Counted from the stretch's first letter, positions 47,632-58,667 are shown. The stretch is DNA of 64,000 nt from Alphaproteobacteria bacterium UBA2903 (GCA_002349565.1 DEDN01000030.1:9184-73183); one strand, 5' to 3'. The notes: generated by a model not told the origin, from the sequence alone. Made by a program: numbers and translations.

Positions 47632-48453
47632 TTACTCCTGTATTTTCACACCGACAACAAACAGCCCCAAGCTGTCGGCTTTGGCAACTACGGCGGCGCG
47701 GTCAACGATTAAAGTCTTGCCCGCCTGCACCGCAATTCCGCGCAATCCCGAAGCCGCCGCGTTTTCTACCGTCGAAACGCCGATGGTCGGCAAATCCGCG
47801 CGCTGTTCCTGCTGAGGCTTTTTCGTTTTGACCAGCACGCCGCCCAAGCCGTCGCGCTTCAAATCTTTGCACCGTTTTATCAAAGCGTCCGTTCCTTCGA
47901 CCGCTTCGACACCCAGCACGATTCCCTGCTGAACGATAACGGATTGTCCGACGTCCAGCGCCCCCAATCCGCGGGCGATTTTAACACCATGTTCGATGTC
48001 CGCCAAAGCCTGCTCATCGGGCTTGATTTTGCCGAATACGCCATCGGTTGCCAGAATGTCGCCCAAAACTTCGTGAACGCCGATGATTTTAAAGCCCTCG
48101 GTTTCGATGTATTTGATGACCGAAGTCAGCAAATGGTCGTCGCCGAACGCTTTGAACCCGATTTTGGCAAGGAATTTCGCCGTCCACCAATCGGGGCGCA
48201 GCTGAAACAAAGACGGACGGCGGACGGGACCGATCATCACGATTTCCTCGACGCCCTGTTCGTGAAAGAACTTGACCGCCTTTCCCGCTTCGCCCAAGCG
48301 AATCCACAGCCCGACGTCGGCGCCGATTGAATCGGGCAAAGCAAAATCTTTCAGCCCGACAACGGCAAAGGGGCGACCTTGCGCCCGACAGCCGTCAATC
48401 AGCTGACGCGGCAAAGAACCGCCCCCCGCTATAATGCCCAGTTTTTTCATCAT
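47632..48453 (-). CDS. lpxI: UDP-2,3-diacylglucosamine diphosphatase LpxI (DUF1009)
   Basis: It is 273 aa with LGIIAGGGSLP at the N-terminus. It lies between lpxA and lpxB, as in Caulobacter-type lipid A clusters. Confidence 0.8.
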   Translation of the reverse strand: MMKKLGIIAGGGSLPRQLIDGCRAQGRPFAVVGLKDFALPDSIGADVGLWIRLGEAGKAVKFFHEQGVEEIVMIGPVRRPSLFQLRPDWWTAKFLAKIGFKAFGDDHLLTSVIKYIETEGFKIIGVHEVLGDILATDGVFGKIKPDEQALADIEHGVKIARGLGALDVGQSVIVQQGIVLGVEAVEGTDALIKRCKDLKRDGLGGVLVKTKKPQQEQRADLPTIGVSTVENAAASGLRGIAVQAGKTLIVDRAAVVAKADSLGLFVVGVKIQE

Positions 48454-49238
48454 TCCGCAGTCTTGGGGTGCATAAAGCCGCGTTTGTAATCGCTTTGCAT
48501 AAACGCAACGATTTCCTGCACAGGTTCACAGGCGGAATACGTTTTGGCGACTTTCGCGACGCGTTCGGACAGCGTTCCTTCGCCGTTGAAGATTTCACCG
48601 ACCGCCAAACGCAACGTATTAATCGTTTCCAGCGAAAAACCGCGGCGTTTCAATCCGACGATGTTGACCCCTTCCAATATATTGAAAGAAATCAAGGAAT
48701 ACGGAATAACGTCGCGGGCGATACCGCACATGCCGCCGACCATCGCATGCGCGCCGATTCGCGTGAATTGATGCACCGCGGACAGCCCGCCGATAATCGC
48801 GCGGTCGCCGACTTTGACGTGTCCCGCCAAAGTCGCGTTGTTTGACATGATGACGTTGTTGCCGACTTGGCAATCGTGCGCGATGTGCGTCCCGATCATG
48901 AACAAGCCGTTATCCCCGACGCAGGTCACGTTTCCGCCGTCGGGCGATCCGGGCTGCATGGTCGCATGTTCGCGAATCGAGTTGTTTTTGCCGATAATCA
49001 GCTTGCCTTTCTTTTCCTTGTCTTTCAGGTCTTGGTTTTTACCGCCGATGACGGCAAAGGGGCTGATTTCGGTGTTTTCGCCGACGGTTGTGTCTCCGCC
49101 GACCCACACATGGGAAATCAAGGTAACACCGTCGTTCAAAACGACCTGCGGTCCGACATAGCTGTAAGGACCGACGGTTACGTTGTCGCCCAGCTGCGCG
49201 CCGTCTTCGATAATGGCGGTAGGATGAATATTGTTCAT
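48450..49238 (-). CDS. lpxA: Acyl-ACP--UDP-N-acetylglucosamine O-acyltransferase
   Basis: It has the hexapeptide-repeat beta-helix with MNNIHPTAIIEDGAQLGDNV, and is 262 aa. Confidence 0.9.
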   Translation of the reverse strand: MNNIHPTAIIEDGAQLGDNVTVGPYSYVGPQVVLNDGVTLISHVWVGGDTTVGENTEISPFAVIGGKNQDLKDKEKKGKLIIGKNNSIREHATMQPGSPDGGNVTCVGDNGLFMIGTHIAHDCQVGNNVIMSNNATLAGHVKVGDRAIIGGLSAVHQFTRIGAHAMVGGMCGIARDVIPYSLISFNILEGVNIVGLKRRGFSLETINTLRLAVGEIFNGEGTLSERVAKVAKTYSACEPVQEIVAFMQSDYKRGFMHPKTAE

Positions 49239-49241
49239 GGA

Positions 49242-49709
49242 TTATTTCTTTTCTTCAAAAATCATGGCGGTAAAGACGGCTTCGGCGTGCAAAACGCCGT
49301 CAACCGTCGCTTCGCCGCGGAAACGGTAGACGTTGCGGCGTTCCTGTTCCTTGACGACGTGCATTTTCAGCTGATGACCGGGCAGAACGGGCTTGCGAAA
49401 CTTGGCGTTTTCGACGCTCATAAAGAAAACGCTTTTCTTGTGTCCCTCTTCCTGATTGCTCATCACGGTAACCGCGGCTGTCTGCGCCATCGCTTCAATA
49501 ATCAACACACCCGGCATCACGGGATTTTCGGGGAAATGCCCCGTGAACTGCGGTTCGTTCATCGTAATGTTTTTCAGCCCGATTGCTTCTTCGTTTTGTT
49601 TGATGATGTCAACCTTGTCCACCAGCAAAAACGGATAGCGGTGGGGAATCATTTTCAAAATTTCGTTGATTCCGATTTCTCTGATAACTTCTTTTTCCAC
49701 GGAAAGCAC
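49242..49709 (-). CDS. fabZ: 3-hydroxyacyl-ACP dehydratase
   Basis: It has HRYPFLLVDKV and FTGHFPENPVMPGVLIIEAMAQ, and is 155 aa. Confidence 0.92.
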   Translation of the reverse strand: MLSVEKEVIREIGINEILKMIPHRYPFLLVDKVDIIKQNEEAIGLKNITMNEPQFTGHFPENPVMPGVLIIEAMAQTAAVTVMSNQEEGHKKSVFFMSVENAKFRKPVLPGHQLKMHVVKEQERRNVYRFRGEATVDGVLHAEAVFTAMIFEEKK

Positions 49710-49712
49710 TCC

Positions 49713-50729
49713 TTAACGTTTAATCAGTTTTTTCAAAGTGGCGACTTGGCGCATGTATTCTTTCAACGGAACGGCGGGCGACCCCATCAAATGTTCCATC
49801 GGTTCGACATCGCGCAAAATACCGGATTGAGCCGCAATCTGCGCCCCGCTGCCGATATTCAAGTGTCCGGCAACCCCGACTTGCCCCGCCAAAACAACAA
49901 AATCCCCCATTTTCGTACTGCCGGCAACGCCGACTTGGGAAACGATGACACAGCATTTTCCCGTCTGGACATTGTGTCCGAATTGAATCAGGTTGTCCAA
50001 ACGCGAACCGTCGCCAATGACCGTGTCGCCCAAAGCCCCGCGGTCAAGGCATGTATTCGCCCCGATTTCGACATCGTTGCCGATAATCACGCGCCCCAAC
50101 TGGGGAATTTTGGTGTGTCCCTGCGGACTCATAAAGAAGCCAAATCCGTCCTGACCGATGCGGGCGCCCGGATAGATGTAAACCTTGTTGCCCGCAATCG
50201 TGTACTGCACGGATGCATTCGCCCCGACGATGCAGTCATCGCCCAAAATCACATTGTCGCCGATAACGGCATTCGGAAAAACGTGTCCGTTTTTGCCGAT
50301 TTTGACGTTTTCACCGACGACCGCCCCCGCATCAATGCACGTTCCTTCGCCGATTTCCGCGGTGTCGGCGACAACGGCGCGCGGATGAATGACTGTTTTT
50401 TCCGATTTTTCGTTCGGATAAAACGCCGCCGCCGCCAATCCGTAAGAGCGGTACGGTTCTTTTGCAATCAAAACCGCAGAGCTTTCGGGCACTTTATCCA
50501 CAAATTCGGCGGAAACGATGCAAACGCCCGCTTTGGTGCGTTCCAAATCGGAAACGTATTTTTTGCTCAATAAAAAGCTGACATCCTTTTCGCCGCCGTC
50601 CTGCAAAGAACCGACGTTTTCATAAACCGCGTCCGCATGGGAATGAGGTCCGATTTCAGTCTGCGTGATTTCCGCCAACTGCTGTAAAGTAAAAGGTCCC
50701 GCCTTTTTGAAAAAACGACTGTCGGGCAT
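49713..50729 (-). CDS. lpxD: UDP-3-O-(3-hydroxyacyl)glucosamine N-acyltransferase
   Basis: The start is at MPDSRFFKKAGPFTLQQLAE (the ORF track extends 34 codons upstream into skp). It has hexapeptide repeats. Confidence 0.88.
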   Translation of the reverse strand: MPDSRFFKKAGPFTLQQLAEITQTEIGPHSHADAVYENVGSLQDGGEKDVSFLLSKKYVSDLERTKAGVCIVSAEFVDKVPESSAVLIAKEPYRSYGLAAAAFYPNEKSEKTVIHPRAVVADTAEIGEGTCIDAGAVVGENVKIGKNGHVFPNAVIGDNVILGDDCIVGANASVQYTIAGNKVYIYPGARIGQDGFGFFMSPQGHTKIPQLGRVIIGNDVEIGANTCLDRGALGDTVIGDGSRLDNLIQFGHNVQTGKCCVIVSQVGVAGSTKMGDFVVLAGQVGVAGHLNIGSGAQIAAQSGILRDVEPMEHLMGSPAVPLKEYMRQVATLKKLIKR

Positions 50730-50751
50730 CGGTGTATCCTTTGCTTGTTGA

Positions 50752-51312
50752 TTATTTTTTTGCTTTTTTCGCAGGTTCAAGCGAAACTTTTTTAATGTCG
50801 ATTTTGGGCATTTTTTTATTGACGCGTTCAATGGCTTGCTTTGTCACATCCAGCTTGTCATCCATGTAAAACGCCGTCCGCGCATCGACAATCGCGCTGA
50901 ATCCCTTTTCTTTTGCCAATTCCTTGACAACGGGATTGATGGCTTTTTCCTTGAAAGAAATCAAAGCGTTTGCAAATTCTTCCTGCAATTCCTGTCCGGC
51001 TTTTTGCGCTTTTTCCTGCAATTCGCGTTCGGCTTTGTCGATGGAATCCAGCTTGATGCCCAATTCGGCTTTTGACAGGTCTTTTTCCTGTTCAGCCAAT
51101 TCTTTTTTACGGTCGATGATGGCTTGAGCTTCTTTTTCGACCTGCGCCTTCAGCGACGCTATCATTTTGTCGCGCTGCAGTTGCAATCCCTGCAAAGCCG
51201 TCGACTGCTGCGCCAAAGCGGCATCGTTGATAAAGCCGATCTTGGTTTCCGCCGCATGAACGGAGGACGTCAGCAACACACCCATCATCACCAGTAAAAG
51301 TTCTTTTTTCAT
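50752..51312 (-). CDS. skp: OmpH/Skp periplasmic chaperone
   Basis: It has a signal peptide and a Lys/Glu/Gln-rich helical 186-aa protein. It is positioned between bamA and lpxD. Confidence 0.8.
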   Translation of the reverse strand: MKKELLLVMMGVLLTSSVHAAETKIGFINDAALAQQSTALQGLQLQRDKMIASLKAQVEKEAQAIIDRKKELAEQEKDLSKAELGIKLDSIDKAERELQEKAQKAGQELQEEFANALISFKEKAINPVVKELAKEKGFSAIVDARTAFYMDDKLDVTKQAIERVNKKMPKIDIKKVSLEPAKKAKK

Positions 51313-51315
51313 CTT

Positions 51316-53583
51316 TTAAAATCCTGTTCCAAAGTTCAAACGAAAATACTCTGTTTTGTCAAAGCGTTCTTTGCGTATGGGAATCGCGTAATCGATATTG
51401 ATCGGACCCAAGGGGGACGACCACACGAAACCGATACCTATACTACCACGCAATTTCGAAGAATACCACATTTCCGACGAATTAAATCCGCTGGGCTTTC
51501 CGATAATGCCCCAATCCGTGAAAATTTTGCCTTTCATGCCGAATTCGCTGGGCAGTCCGAGCGGAAACATCACTTGCGCCCCCGCCGTCAGCTGCCAGTT
51601 GCCGCCCAAAGAATCGTTTCCGTCTTTCGACCGCGCGGCGACGCCGCCCGTTTCAAAGCCGCGCAGGTTTCCGCCGCCCAGAAAATAACGGTTGTTCAGC
51701 CGAACGTCCTGACCGAATCCGAAAATATAGCCGCCCGAAGTGCTTAATCCCAGCACCCATTTGTCCGACAGCGGATAATACGTTCCCAAGCTGTAATCGG
51801 AACGCAAATAGCGGTTGTCGCCGCCGAATCCCGCCAGATCGTTGGAAATCGACAAATACCACCCGTCCGTCGGGTTGTAGCGGTTGTCCAGATAATCCCA
51901 AAACAGCGATTGGGAAACCATGGATGTCGTTGTCGTGCCTTCCTGTTCGCGCACATAACGGGACGCCCCCGCGCTGATGTCGAAAATTCTGTCGTTGCGC
52001 AAAGTGTATTTGACGGTATGCGACAGTTCTTCGGTATACTTCCAGCCGAACGAATTGGAAAAGCCCGCCATTTCCGAATTATACGAGCTGGTGTCTTTGT
52101 AGTTTCGGGTCAAATAGAACAAATCGACGCCCCACGACAGTTCCCTGTCCAAAAACCACGGTTCGACAAAGCTGATGTCAAACAGCGTTTTCTGTTCCGC
52201 AACGCTTGCCGACGCGCCGATGACGCGTCCCGTTCCCAAAAAGTTCCGTTCCTGCACGGACACTTCCGCCAACGGACCGTCGTACGACGACCAGCCGATG
52301 CCCAGTTTCAAAGCTCCCGTCGATTTTTCCGTCACATCGGCGCGCAAAACCGCTTTGTCGGGCGCGTCTTCGGACGGATCGAGAGAAACGTCGACTTTTT
52401 CAAAGTAGTTCAAATTTTCTATGCGCTGTCTGGTGCGGCGTATTTTGGCGGGACTGTAGGCGTCGCCTTCCGAAAAGCGAAATTCGCGGCGAATAACGCG
52501 GTCTTGCGTGCGGGTGTTGCCGCGAATGTCGATGCGGTCGACAAACAAGTGCTGCCCCTCTTTGACATCGAAAACAACATCCACAGTCGCATCATCGTGC
52601 TTGTCCAATTTGTATTCCACCTCGACAAACGGGAAGCCTTGCGCCCCGACGGCGTTTGTCAAAGCCAGAACGCTGTCGTCGATTTTGCTTTGATTGAACG
52701 TTTTGCCCGATGCGAAAGTCGGAACGGAACGCACGGTTTCTGCGTCAAATCCTTTCAAAGACGAAACGATGTCTATTTTGCCGACTTTGTATTTTTTGCC
52801 CTCGGACAGCATTAAAGTCAGATAAAAATCCTTGCGGTTTTGGGACAGTTCGGCGGATGAAGACACGACTTCAAAGTCGATAAAACCGTGATTGAAGTAA
52901 AAACGGCGCAGCAATTCCCTGTCGTAAGCAAACCTGTCGGGATCGTAGGTGTCGGTTGACGTGAACCAGCGATACCAGCGCGCTTCTTTGGACAGCAGCG
53001 TTTCTTCCAGCACGTCGGAATCAAAAGAATCGTTGCCGATAAAATCGATTTTGCGGATGTATGTCGGATCGCCTTCGTTGATTTCGAAAACGACATCCAG
53101 CCTGTTTTGCGGACGTTCGATGATCTTCGGTTCGACAATGGCGGAATACCGCCCCATACGGCGGTACAATTCGACAATTCTTTGCGTGTCCGCCCGTACT
53201 TTCGACCGCGTAAAAACCATGCGGGGATGCAGGGACAGTTCGCCTTTCAGCTGGTCTGTCTTGATTTTTTTGTTCCCCTCGAACGCGATTTGATTCACGA
53301 TCGGATTTTCCACCAGATCAACCGTCAGCACGCCGTTGTTTTCGGACAGTTTGACATCGGCGAACAATCCCGTCGAAAACAAGGATTTCAAGCTTCTGTC
53401 CAGTCTGTCGGGCGTTGCTTCGTCCCCTTGCCGAATCATCAAATAAGTCAAAACCGTTTCGGGTTCGATGCGCATCGTTCCGTTGATGACGATTTCATTC
53501 ACGACTTTGGGCGTTTCCTGCGCTTTGGCGGCGGAAACGGCGAAAATCAATCCCAATGTCAATAAAGCACAACGAAACAACAA
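51316..53583 (-). CDS. bamA: Outer membrane protein assembly factor BamA
   Basis: It is 755 aa with a signal peptide, POTRA repeats and a C-terminal beta-barrel ending ...RLNFGTGF. Confidence 0.9.
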   Translation of the reverse strand: MLFRCALLTLGLIFAVSAAKAQETPKVVNEIVINGTMRIEPETVLTYLMIRQGDEATPDRLDRSLKSLFSTGLFADVKLSENNGVLTVDLVENPIVNQIAFEGNKKIKTDQLKGELSLHPRMVFTRSKVRADTQRIVELYRRMGRYSAIVEPKIIERPQNRLDVVFEINEGDPTYIRKIDFIGNDSFDSDVLEETLLSKEARWYRWFTSTDTYDPDRFAYDRELLRRFYFNHGFIDFEVVSSSAELSQNRKDFYLTLMLSEGKKYKVGKIDIVSSLKGFDAETVRSVPTFASGKTFNQSKIDDSVLALTNAVGAQGFPFVEVEYKLDKHDDATVDVVFDVKEGQHLFVDRIDIRGNTRTQDRVIRREFRFSEGDAYSPAKIRRTRQRIENLNYFEKVDVSLDPSEDAPDKAVLRADVTEKSTGALKLGIGWSSYDGPLAEVSVQERNFLGTGRVIGASASVAEQKTLFDISFVEPWFLDRELSWGVDLFYLTRNYKDTSSYNSEMAGFSNSFGWKYTEELSHTVKYTLRNDRIFDISAGASRYVREQEGTTTTSMVSQSLFWDYLDNRYNPTDGWYLSISNDLAGFGGDNRYLRSDYSLGTYYPLSDKWVLGLSTSGGYIFGFGQDVRLNNRYFLGGGNLRGFETGGVAARSKDGNDSLGGNWQLTAGAQVMFPLGLPSEFGMKGKIFTDWGIIGKPSGFNSSEMWYSSKLRGSIGIGFVWSSPLGPINIDYAIPIRKERFDKTEYFRLNFGTGF

Positions 53584-53592
53584 AAACGTCCT

Positions 53593-54681
53593 TTATCCGA
53601 ACAAACGCGCAATTATACGCACGATATCATTCCACGACGTTACAATCAACAATCCGATAAGCAGCAAAAAGCCTATATTCAACGCGACCGTTTCCGCTTT
53701 TTCGGGCAAGGGACGGCGAATGACCGCTTCTATCGCATAAAATAGCAAATGCCCGCCGTCCAGCATCGGCACGGGCAACAGGTTTAAAAAGCCGATGCCG
53801 ACAGACACTTGAATCAAAAACGACAAAAAGCTCAACGTCCCGCCCATTGCGGCGTCGCCCGACGCTTCCGCAATGCCCAAAGGACCGCGCAAATCGTCGG
53901 CGGAACGTTCGCGCAGAATGATGCGCTTCAAAACGGCGGTCGTGTCCACGGTCGTTTCCCAAACATCGTTCAAAGCCGCCATAAACGCTTCCGGCAAATT
54001 CAAATCCTTAACGCGCACCCTGTTCGGCGCCGCCATAACGCCCAGTATCGCACCGCCGTTTTCACGCGTCAGGCGCGCGGTCAAAGCGACCTTTTTTCCG
54101 TCGCGCAAAACGGTGATGTTCAGCGTGTTGTCCAGCGCGACCATACGGCGGATATCATGAAATTCGACAATCTTCGTCCCATTGATGTCCAAGATTCTGT
54201 CATCGGGCAAAATTCCCGCGGCTTCGGCGGCGGAACCCGCAGACACTTCGGAAACGACGGGAGGAACGGACAGCAGACCGTACGCGCGAAACATTCCCGT
54301 CAAAAGCACAATCGCAAACACATAGTTCATCGCCGGTCCCGCGAAAGCGATGACCGCTTTTTTCCAAAGCGGCTGATAAACAATGGAAACCTTCTTTTCC
54401 TCGTCCGTCAATTCTTTGACTTTTTCATCGACTTTCGTTCCCGCCGCGTCGGCGTCACCCAGCATTTTGACATAGCCGCCCAACGGAATCAGGCACACTT
54501 TCCACAGCGTCCCCTTTTTATCCTTGCGCGACCACAAAGTTTTACCGAAACCGACGGAAAACTCGTCGACTTTGACGCCGCAGGAACGCGCCGCCTGAAA
54601 ATGTCCGAATTCGTGAATAATCACAACCAGCGACAGCACAACCAAAAAAGAAATCGGATACAGCAAAGCCGTCATTTTCAA
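53593..54681 (-). CDS. rseP: RIP metalloprotease RseP (site-2 protease)
   Basis: It has HEFGHF (HExxH), a PDZ domain and the LDGGH motif, and is 362 aa. Confidence 0.88.
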   Translation of the reverse strand: MKMTALLYPISFLVVLSLVVIIHEFGHFQAARSCGVKVDEFSVGFGKTLWSRKDKKGTLWKVCLIPLGGYVKMLGDADAAGTKVDEKVKELTDEEKKVSIVYQPLWKKAVIAFAGPAMNYVFAIVLLTGMFRAYGLLSVPPVVSEVSAGSAAEAAGILPDDRILDINGTKIVEFHDIRRMVALDNTLNITVLRDGKKVALTARLTRENGGAILGVMAAPNRVRVKDLNLPEAFMAALNDVWETTVDTTAVLKRIILRERSADDLRGPLGIAEASGDAAMGGTLSFLSFLIQVSVGIGFLNLLPVPMLDGGHLLFYAIEAVIRRPLPEKAETVALNIGFLLLIGLLIVTSWNDIVRIIARLFG

Positions 54682-55832
54682 GCCCTTTCACAAATAACCG
54701 CCGCCGCCTGTTCGCGCGCCTGCGCGTCGACGGCAATCACGTCTTCAATCGTACGAACGGCGGGCAAAGACATCTTGTCCAGCACCGCTTCGACCGTTTT
54801 GACAATGTCCAAAAATCCGATTTTGCGATTCAAGAAAGCCCCGACAGCGACTTCGTTTGCCGCGTTCATCACAGCCGTTGCCGTCTGACCTTTGTTCAAA
54901 GCGGCCTTGGCAACGCGCAAAGCGGGGAATTTCTCTTCGTCGGGATGACTGAACGTCAACCCCGAAAGCGCCGTCAAATCAAGCGGTTTTGTCGGCGATT
55001 CCATACGATCGGGGTACGCCAGAGCGTACGCAATCGGCGTGCGCATGTCGGGCATGCCCAAATGCGCCAAAACAGACCCGTCGATATAAGCAACCGCGCT
55101 GTGAACGATGGACTGAGGATGAACCAGCACTTCGATTCTGTCCGTCCCGAAACCGAACAGATGATAAGCTTCGATAATTTCCAAGCCTTTGTTCATCATC
55201 GTCGCGGAATCGACGGAAATCTTCGCCCCCATGCTCCAATTCGGATGAGCAACCGCCTGTTCGGGCGTGACTTGCGCCATAAAAGCGGTGTCTTTTTCAC
55301 GGAACGGACCGCCCGAAGCCGTCAGTAAAATGCGGTCGACGGCGGCGCGGTGACGTTCTTCCAAAGTTTGGAAAATCGCGCTGTGTTCCGAATCGACGGG
55401 GACAAGAACGGTCTTTGTTTCCTTTATCGCGCGCATCACGATTTCGCCCGCGCAAACCAGCGTTTCCTTGTTTGCCAAAGCCAGCGTTTTACCGCGTTTG
55501 ACGGCTTCCATTGTCGGAATCAGCCCCGCCGCGCCGACAATCGACGACATCGTCCAATCGGCATCCAACCCCGCCGCCGCCTTAACCGCATCGTCACCCG
55601 CTTCGACACGGACGGACGATCCGCTTAACGCGTCTTTCAAAGCGGCATAGTTGTTTTTGTCGGCGGTAACGGCGACTTCGGCGTTCAGCAGTTTCGCTTG
55701 TTCCGCCAGCAAAGCGATATTCTTGTTGCCCGTCAGCGCCACAACGCGGCAATCGTCGGGATGACGGCGGATAATGTCAACGGTGCTTTTGCCTATCGAA
55801 CCGGTCGAGCCTAAAATCGTAACGGACTTCAT
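54678..55832 (-). CDS. dxr: 1-deoxy-D-xylulose 5-phosphate reductoisomerase
   Basis: It has ILGSTGSIGKST at the N-terminus and is 384 aa. Confidence 0.9.
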   Translation of the reverse strand: MKSVTILGSTGSIGKSTVDIIRRHPDDCRVVALTGNKNIALLAEQAKLLNAEVAVTADKNNYAALKDALSGSSVRVEAGDDAVKAAAGLDADWTMSSIVGAAGLIPTMEAVKRGKTLALANKETLVCAGEIVMRAIKETKTVLVPVDSEHSAIFQTLEERHRAAVDRILLTASGGPFREKDTAFMAQVTPEQAVAHPNWSMGAKISVDSATMMNKGLEIIEAYHLFGFGTDRIEVLVHPQSIVHSAVAYIDGSVLAHLGMPDMRTPIAYALAYPDRMESPTKPLDLTALSGLTFSHPDEEKFPALRVAKAALNKGQTATAVMNAANEVAVGAFLNRKIGFLDIVKTVEAVLDKMSLPAVRTIEDVIAVDAQAREQAAAVICERA

Positions 55833-55835
55833 ACC

Positions 55836-56618
55836 TTACCCCCAAAAATCCAATTCGGGAAAGAACGCCAAAATCAAAACCACAATCGGCGTAACCGCCA
55901 GCAAAGCGTCCGTGCGGTCGAAAATACCGCCGTGTCCCGGAATCAAGTCGCCCGAATCCTTGACGCCCAAATAGCGTTTAATCCACGATTCAAACAAATC
56001 GCCGCCTTGCGACACCGCCGCCAAAACGGCGGAAACAACCATTACAAACGCATAGTTCTGCAGACTGTCCAAAGCAGCACAGCCAAAGCCCCACAACGCC
56101 GCCGTCGCCATACCGCCGATTAAGCCCGCCCACGTCTTTTTGGGGCTGATTTTCGGGCAAAGCTTGGGACCGCCGATAGTCTTGCCGAACACGTACGCAC
56201 CCGTATCCATCGCCCACACCGTTCCAATCAGCCAAATCGTGCAGACGAAGCCGTAGTTTTGAAGCATGTACGTCAAAGCAACCATCGGATAGACCGAATA
56301 CGCCATGCCGAACGCGAACAGCTTTTGATGTTCCGTGTTTTGTTTTTTCGCGGCAACGTACAAAGCGATTGTCATCACGGCGGGCAACGTCCACGCGACT
56401 TCGGGGAAATCACCCAGCATAAACACGCTTGCAACGCCTGTTACGGCAATCAGCATGCCCAAAACGGTAAAGCGTTTCAGCACCAGCTTTTCCCATTCCC
56501 ACCCCATGACGGTCAGCACGGCGGCGCAGAGCAATTCAAACCACGGCGATTCATACCAAAGCGCCAAAATCGGCAAAGGCAACAGCACCAAAGCGGATAA
56601 AATTCGTTGTTTCAACAT
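55836..56618 (-). CDS. cdsA: Phosphatidate cytidylyltransferase
   Basis: It is a multi-TM protein with the C-terminal signature SWIKRYLGVKDSGDLIPGHGGIFDRTD. Confidence 0.88.
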   Translation of the reverse strand: MLKQRILSALVLLPLPILALWYESPWFELLCAAVLTVMGWEWEKLVLKRFTVLGMLIAVTGVASVFMLGDFPEVAWTLPAVMTIALYVAAKKQNTEHQKLFAFGMAYSVYPMVALTYMLQNYGFVCTIWLIGTVWAMDTGAYVFGKTIGGPKLCPKISPKKTWAGLIGGMATAALWGFGCAALDSLQNYAFVMVVSAVLAAVSQGGDLFESWIKRYLGVKDSGDLIPGHGGIFDRTDALLAVTPIVVLILAFFPELDFWG

Positions 56619-56633
56619 GAAAAAGCTCTCCTC

Positions 56634-57350
56634 TTACACTTTGCCGAAGCGACGTTGACGCTTGGCGTATTCGGTCAAAGCCGCCTGTACATCGTCGGCG
56701 GAAAAATCGGGCCACAGCGTATCGGTGAAATACAGCTCCGTATACGCCAGCTGCCATAACAAAAAGTTGCTGATTCGCAATTCTCCGCTGGTGCGGATAA
56801 GCAAATCGGGATCGGGAATGTCGGGACGGTACAGCGCGTTTGAAACCGTTTCGTCCGTAATGTCTTCGGGGTTCAAAACGCCGGCTTTGACCTGTTGCGC
56901 CAAACGGCGGGCGGCTTGGGTGATTTCCTCGCGTCCGCCGTAGCCGATTGCCAAATTCAAGCGCATTTTTTCCTGCTCAATCGGCAGGTTTTGCGCTTCA
57001 AAGCTGCGGATTGTTTCCTGCAACCCCTTGGGCAAACGATCGATTTGCCCCGTAAAGACGGCGTTAATTCCCTTTTTGCGGAACGGGGCGATTTCTTTGT
57101 GCAAATACTCGTCCAGCATTGCGAATAAAGCGTCGATTTCGGATTGAGGTCTGTTCCAGTTTTCCGAAGAAAAGCAAAACAGAGTCACATAGCGCACCCC
57201 CGCGGCAAGGCACGCATCCGCCAGCCTTTCGACCGCTTTTGCGCCCGCGCGGTGTCCCTGCGTTCGCGACAATCCTCTTTGTTTCGCCCAACGACCGTTG
57301 CCGTCCATAATGACGGCAACATGCGTCGGAATTCGCCCCGAATCCGTCAT
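56634..57350 (-). CDS. uppS: Isoprenyl transferase (undecaprenyl diphosphate synthase)
   Basis: It has HVAVIMDGNGRWA and RTSGELRISNFLLWQ, and is 238 aa. Confidence 0.9.
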   Translation of the reverse strand: MTDSGRIPTHVAVIMDGNGRWAKQRGLSRTQGHRAGAKAVERLADACLAAGVRYVTLFCFSSENWNRPQSEIDALFAMLDEYLHKEIAPFRKKGINAVFTGQIDRLPKGLQETIRSFEAQNLPIEQEKMRLNLAIGYGGREEITQAARRLAQQVKAGVLNPEDITDETVSNALYRPDIPDPDLLIRTSGELRISNFLLWQLAYTELYFTDTLWPDFSADDVQAALTEYAKRQRRFGKV

Positions 57351-57922
57351 TAAACCTGCTTGATTTCCTGTTCTTTGATTTTCAAAGCTTCGTCAACGGC
57401 TTTGACAGCGGCATCCGTCATATTTTGAATTTCGGTTTCGTATTTTTTCTGTTCGTCTTCGGAAATTTCACCGTCTTTCTGCATTTTTTTGACCGCGTCC
57501 ATCGCGTCGCGGCGGATGTTGCGGATGGCGACGCGCGCCTGTTCGGTGTATTTGCCCGCAACTTTTGTCAGTTCAATGCGGCGTTCTTCCGTCAAAGCGG
57601 GAATGGGAACGCGAATCACCTGTCCGTCGGAAGCGGGATTCAGCCCCAAGTCGGACGAACGAATCGCTTTTTCAACGGCTTTTGCCAAAGAACGATCCCA
57701 AACCTGAACGGTCAGCATTCTGGGTTCGGGAACGCTGATGTTGGCGACTTGGTTCAAAGGCGACATGCCGCCGTACGCTTCAACCGTAATGCCTTCCAGC
57801 AAAGCCGTGGAAGCGCGCCCCGTGCGCAAGCCGGAAAAGTCTTTTTTCAAAGCTTCGGTCGTTTTATCCATACGCACGCGCGTATCCTGCTTTAATTCGT
57901 TGTAGTTTGCAAAAGTTCCCAT
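57350..57922 (-). CDS. frr: Ribosome recycling factor
   Basis: It is 190 aa and shows typical Frr conservation ([17 protein letters not shown]). Confidence 0.9.
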   Translation of the reverse strand: MGTFANYNELKQDTRVRMDKTTEALKKDFSGLRTGRASTALLEGITVEAYGGMSPLNQVANISVPEPRMLTVQVWDRSLAKAVEKAIRSSDLGLNPASDGQVIRVPIPALTEERRIELTKVAGKYTEQARVAIRNIRRDAMDAVKKMQKDGEISEDEQKKYETEIQNMTDAAVKAVDEALKIKEQEIKQV

Positions 57923-57932
57923 CGTAGTATCC

Positions 57933-58649
57933 TTATTTATCGCAAGTGATTTCCGTAAACGCGCCCTGCCCCGACAATGTGCGCATCAATGCGCCCTGTT
58001 CGTGCATGGAAAACACAACAATCGAAATGTTGTTGTCGCGCGCCAAAGCAATAGCCGAAGCGTCCATCACTTTCAAATTCTTGACCAGCACTTCATCATA
58101 GCTGACTTTTTCAAAGCGTACAGCATTTTTATCTTTTTTCGGGTCGGCGGAATAAACGCCGTCGACCTGCGTGGCTTTGAAAATCGCTTCACAGCCCATT
58201 TCGGCGGCGCGCAAAGCCGCGCCCGTATCCGTCGTAAAGAACGGGTTTCCCGTCCCCGCGGCAAAGATGATGACATCGCCGTTCTGCAAATGGCTTTTGG
58301 CTTTGGGCTGAATGTAGGGTTCGCAAATCGTCGGCATGACCACGCCCGAAACAACGCGCGTCGGCACGCCGATTCGCAGCAAAGCGTCCTGCATTGCCAA
58401 AGAATTGATAATCGTCGCCAGCATGCCCATGTGGTCGGCGCTAACCCTGTCCATGCCGCCCGCCGCGCCTTTCAGTCCGCGGAAAATATTTCCGCCGCCG
58501 ATGACGACCGCCAACTGAATCCCGGCGTCATGCACCTGTTTGATTTCCTGCGCCATTTCGGACAATTTGGATTCGTCCAAACCGAACGATTTTTCCCCCA
58601 TCAAGCCTTCGCCCGACAGCTTCAGTAAAATGCGCTTGTATTTGACCAT
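57933..58649 (-). CDS. pyrH: UMP kinase
   Basis: The start is at [14 protein letters not shown] (the ORF track extends 49 codons upstream). The protein is 239 aa. Confidence 0.9.
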   Translation of the reverse strand: MVKYKRILLKLSGEGLMGEKSFGLDESKLSEMAQEIKQVHDAGIQLAVVIGGGNIFRGLKGAAGGMDRVSADHMGMLATIINSLAMQDALLRIGVPTRVVSGVVMPTICEPYIQPKAKSHLQNGDVIIFAAGTGNPFFTTDTGAALRAAEMGCEAIFKATQVDGVYSADPKKDKNAVRFEKVSYDEVLVKNLKVMDASAIALARDNNISIVVFSMHEQGALMRTLSGQGAFTEITCDK

Positions 58650-58667
58650 TGCAGTTCCCTTTGAATT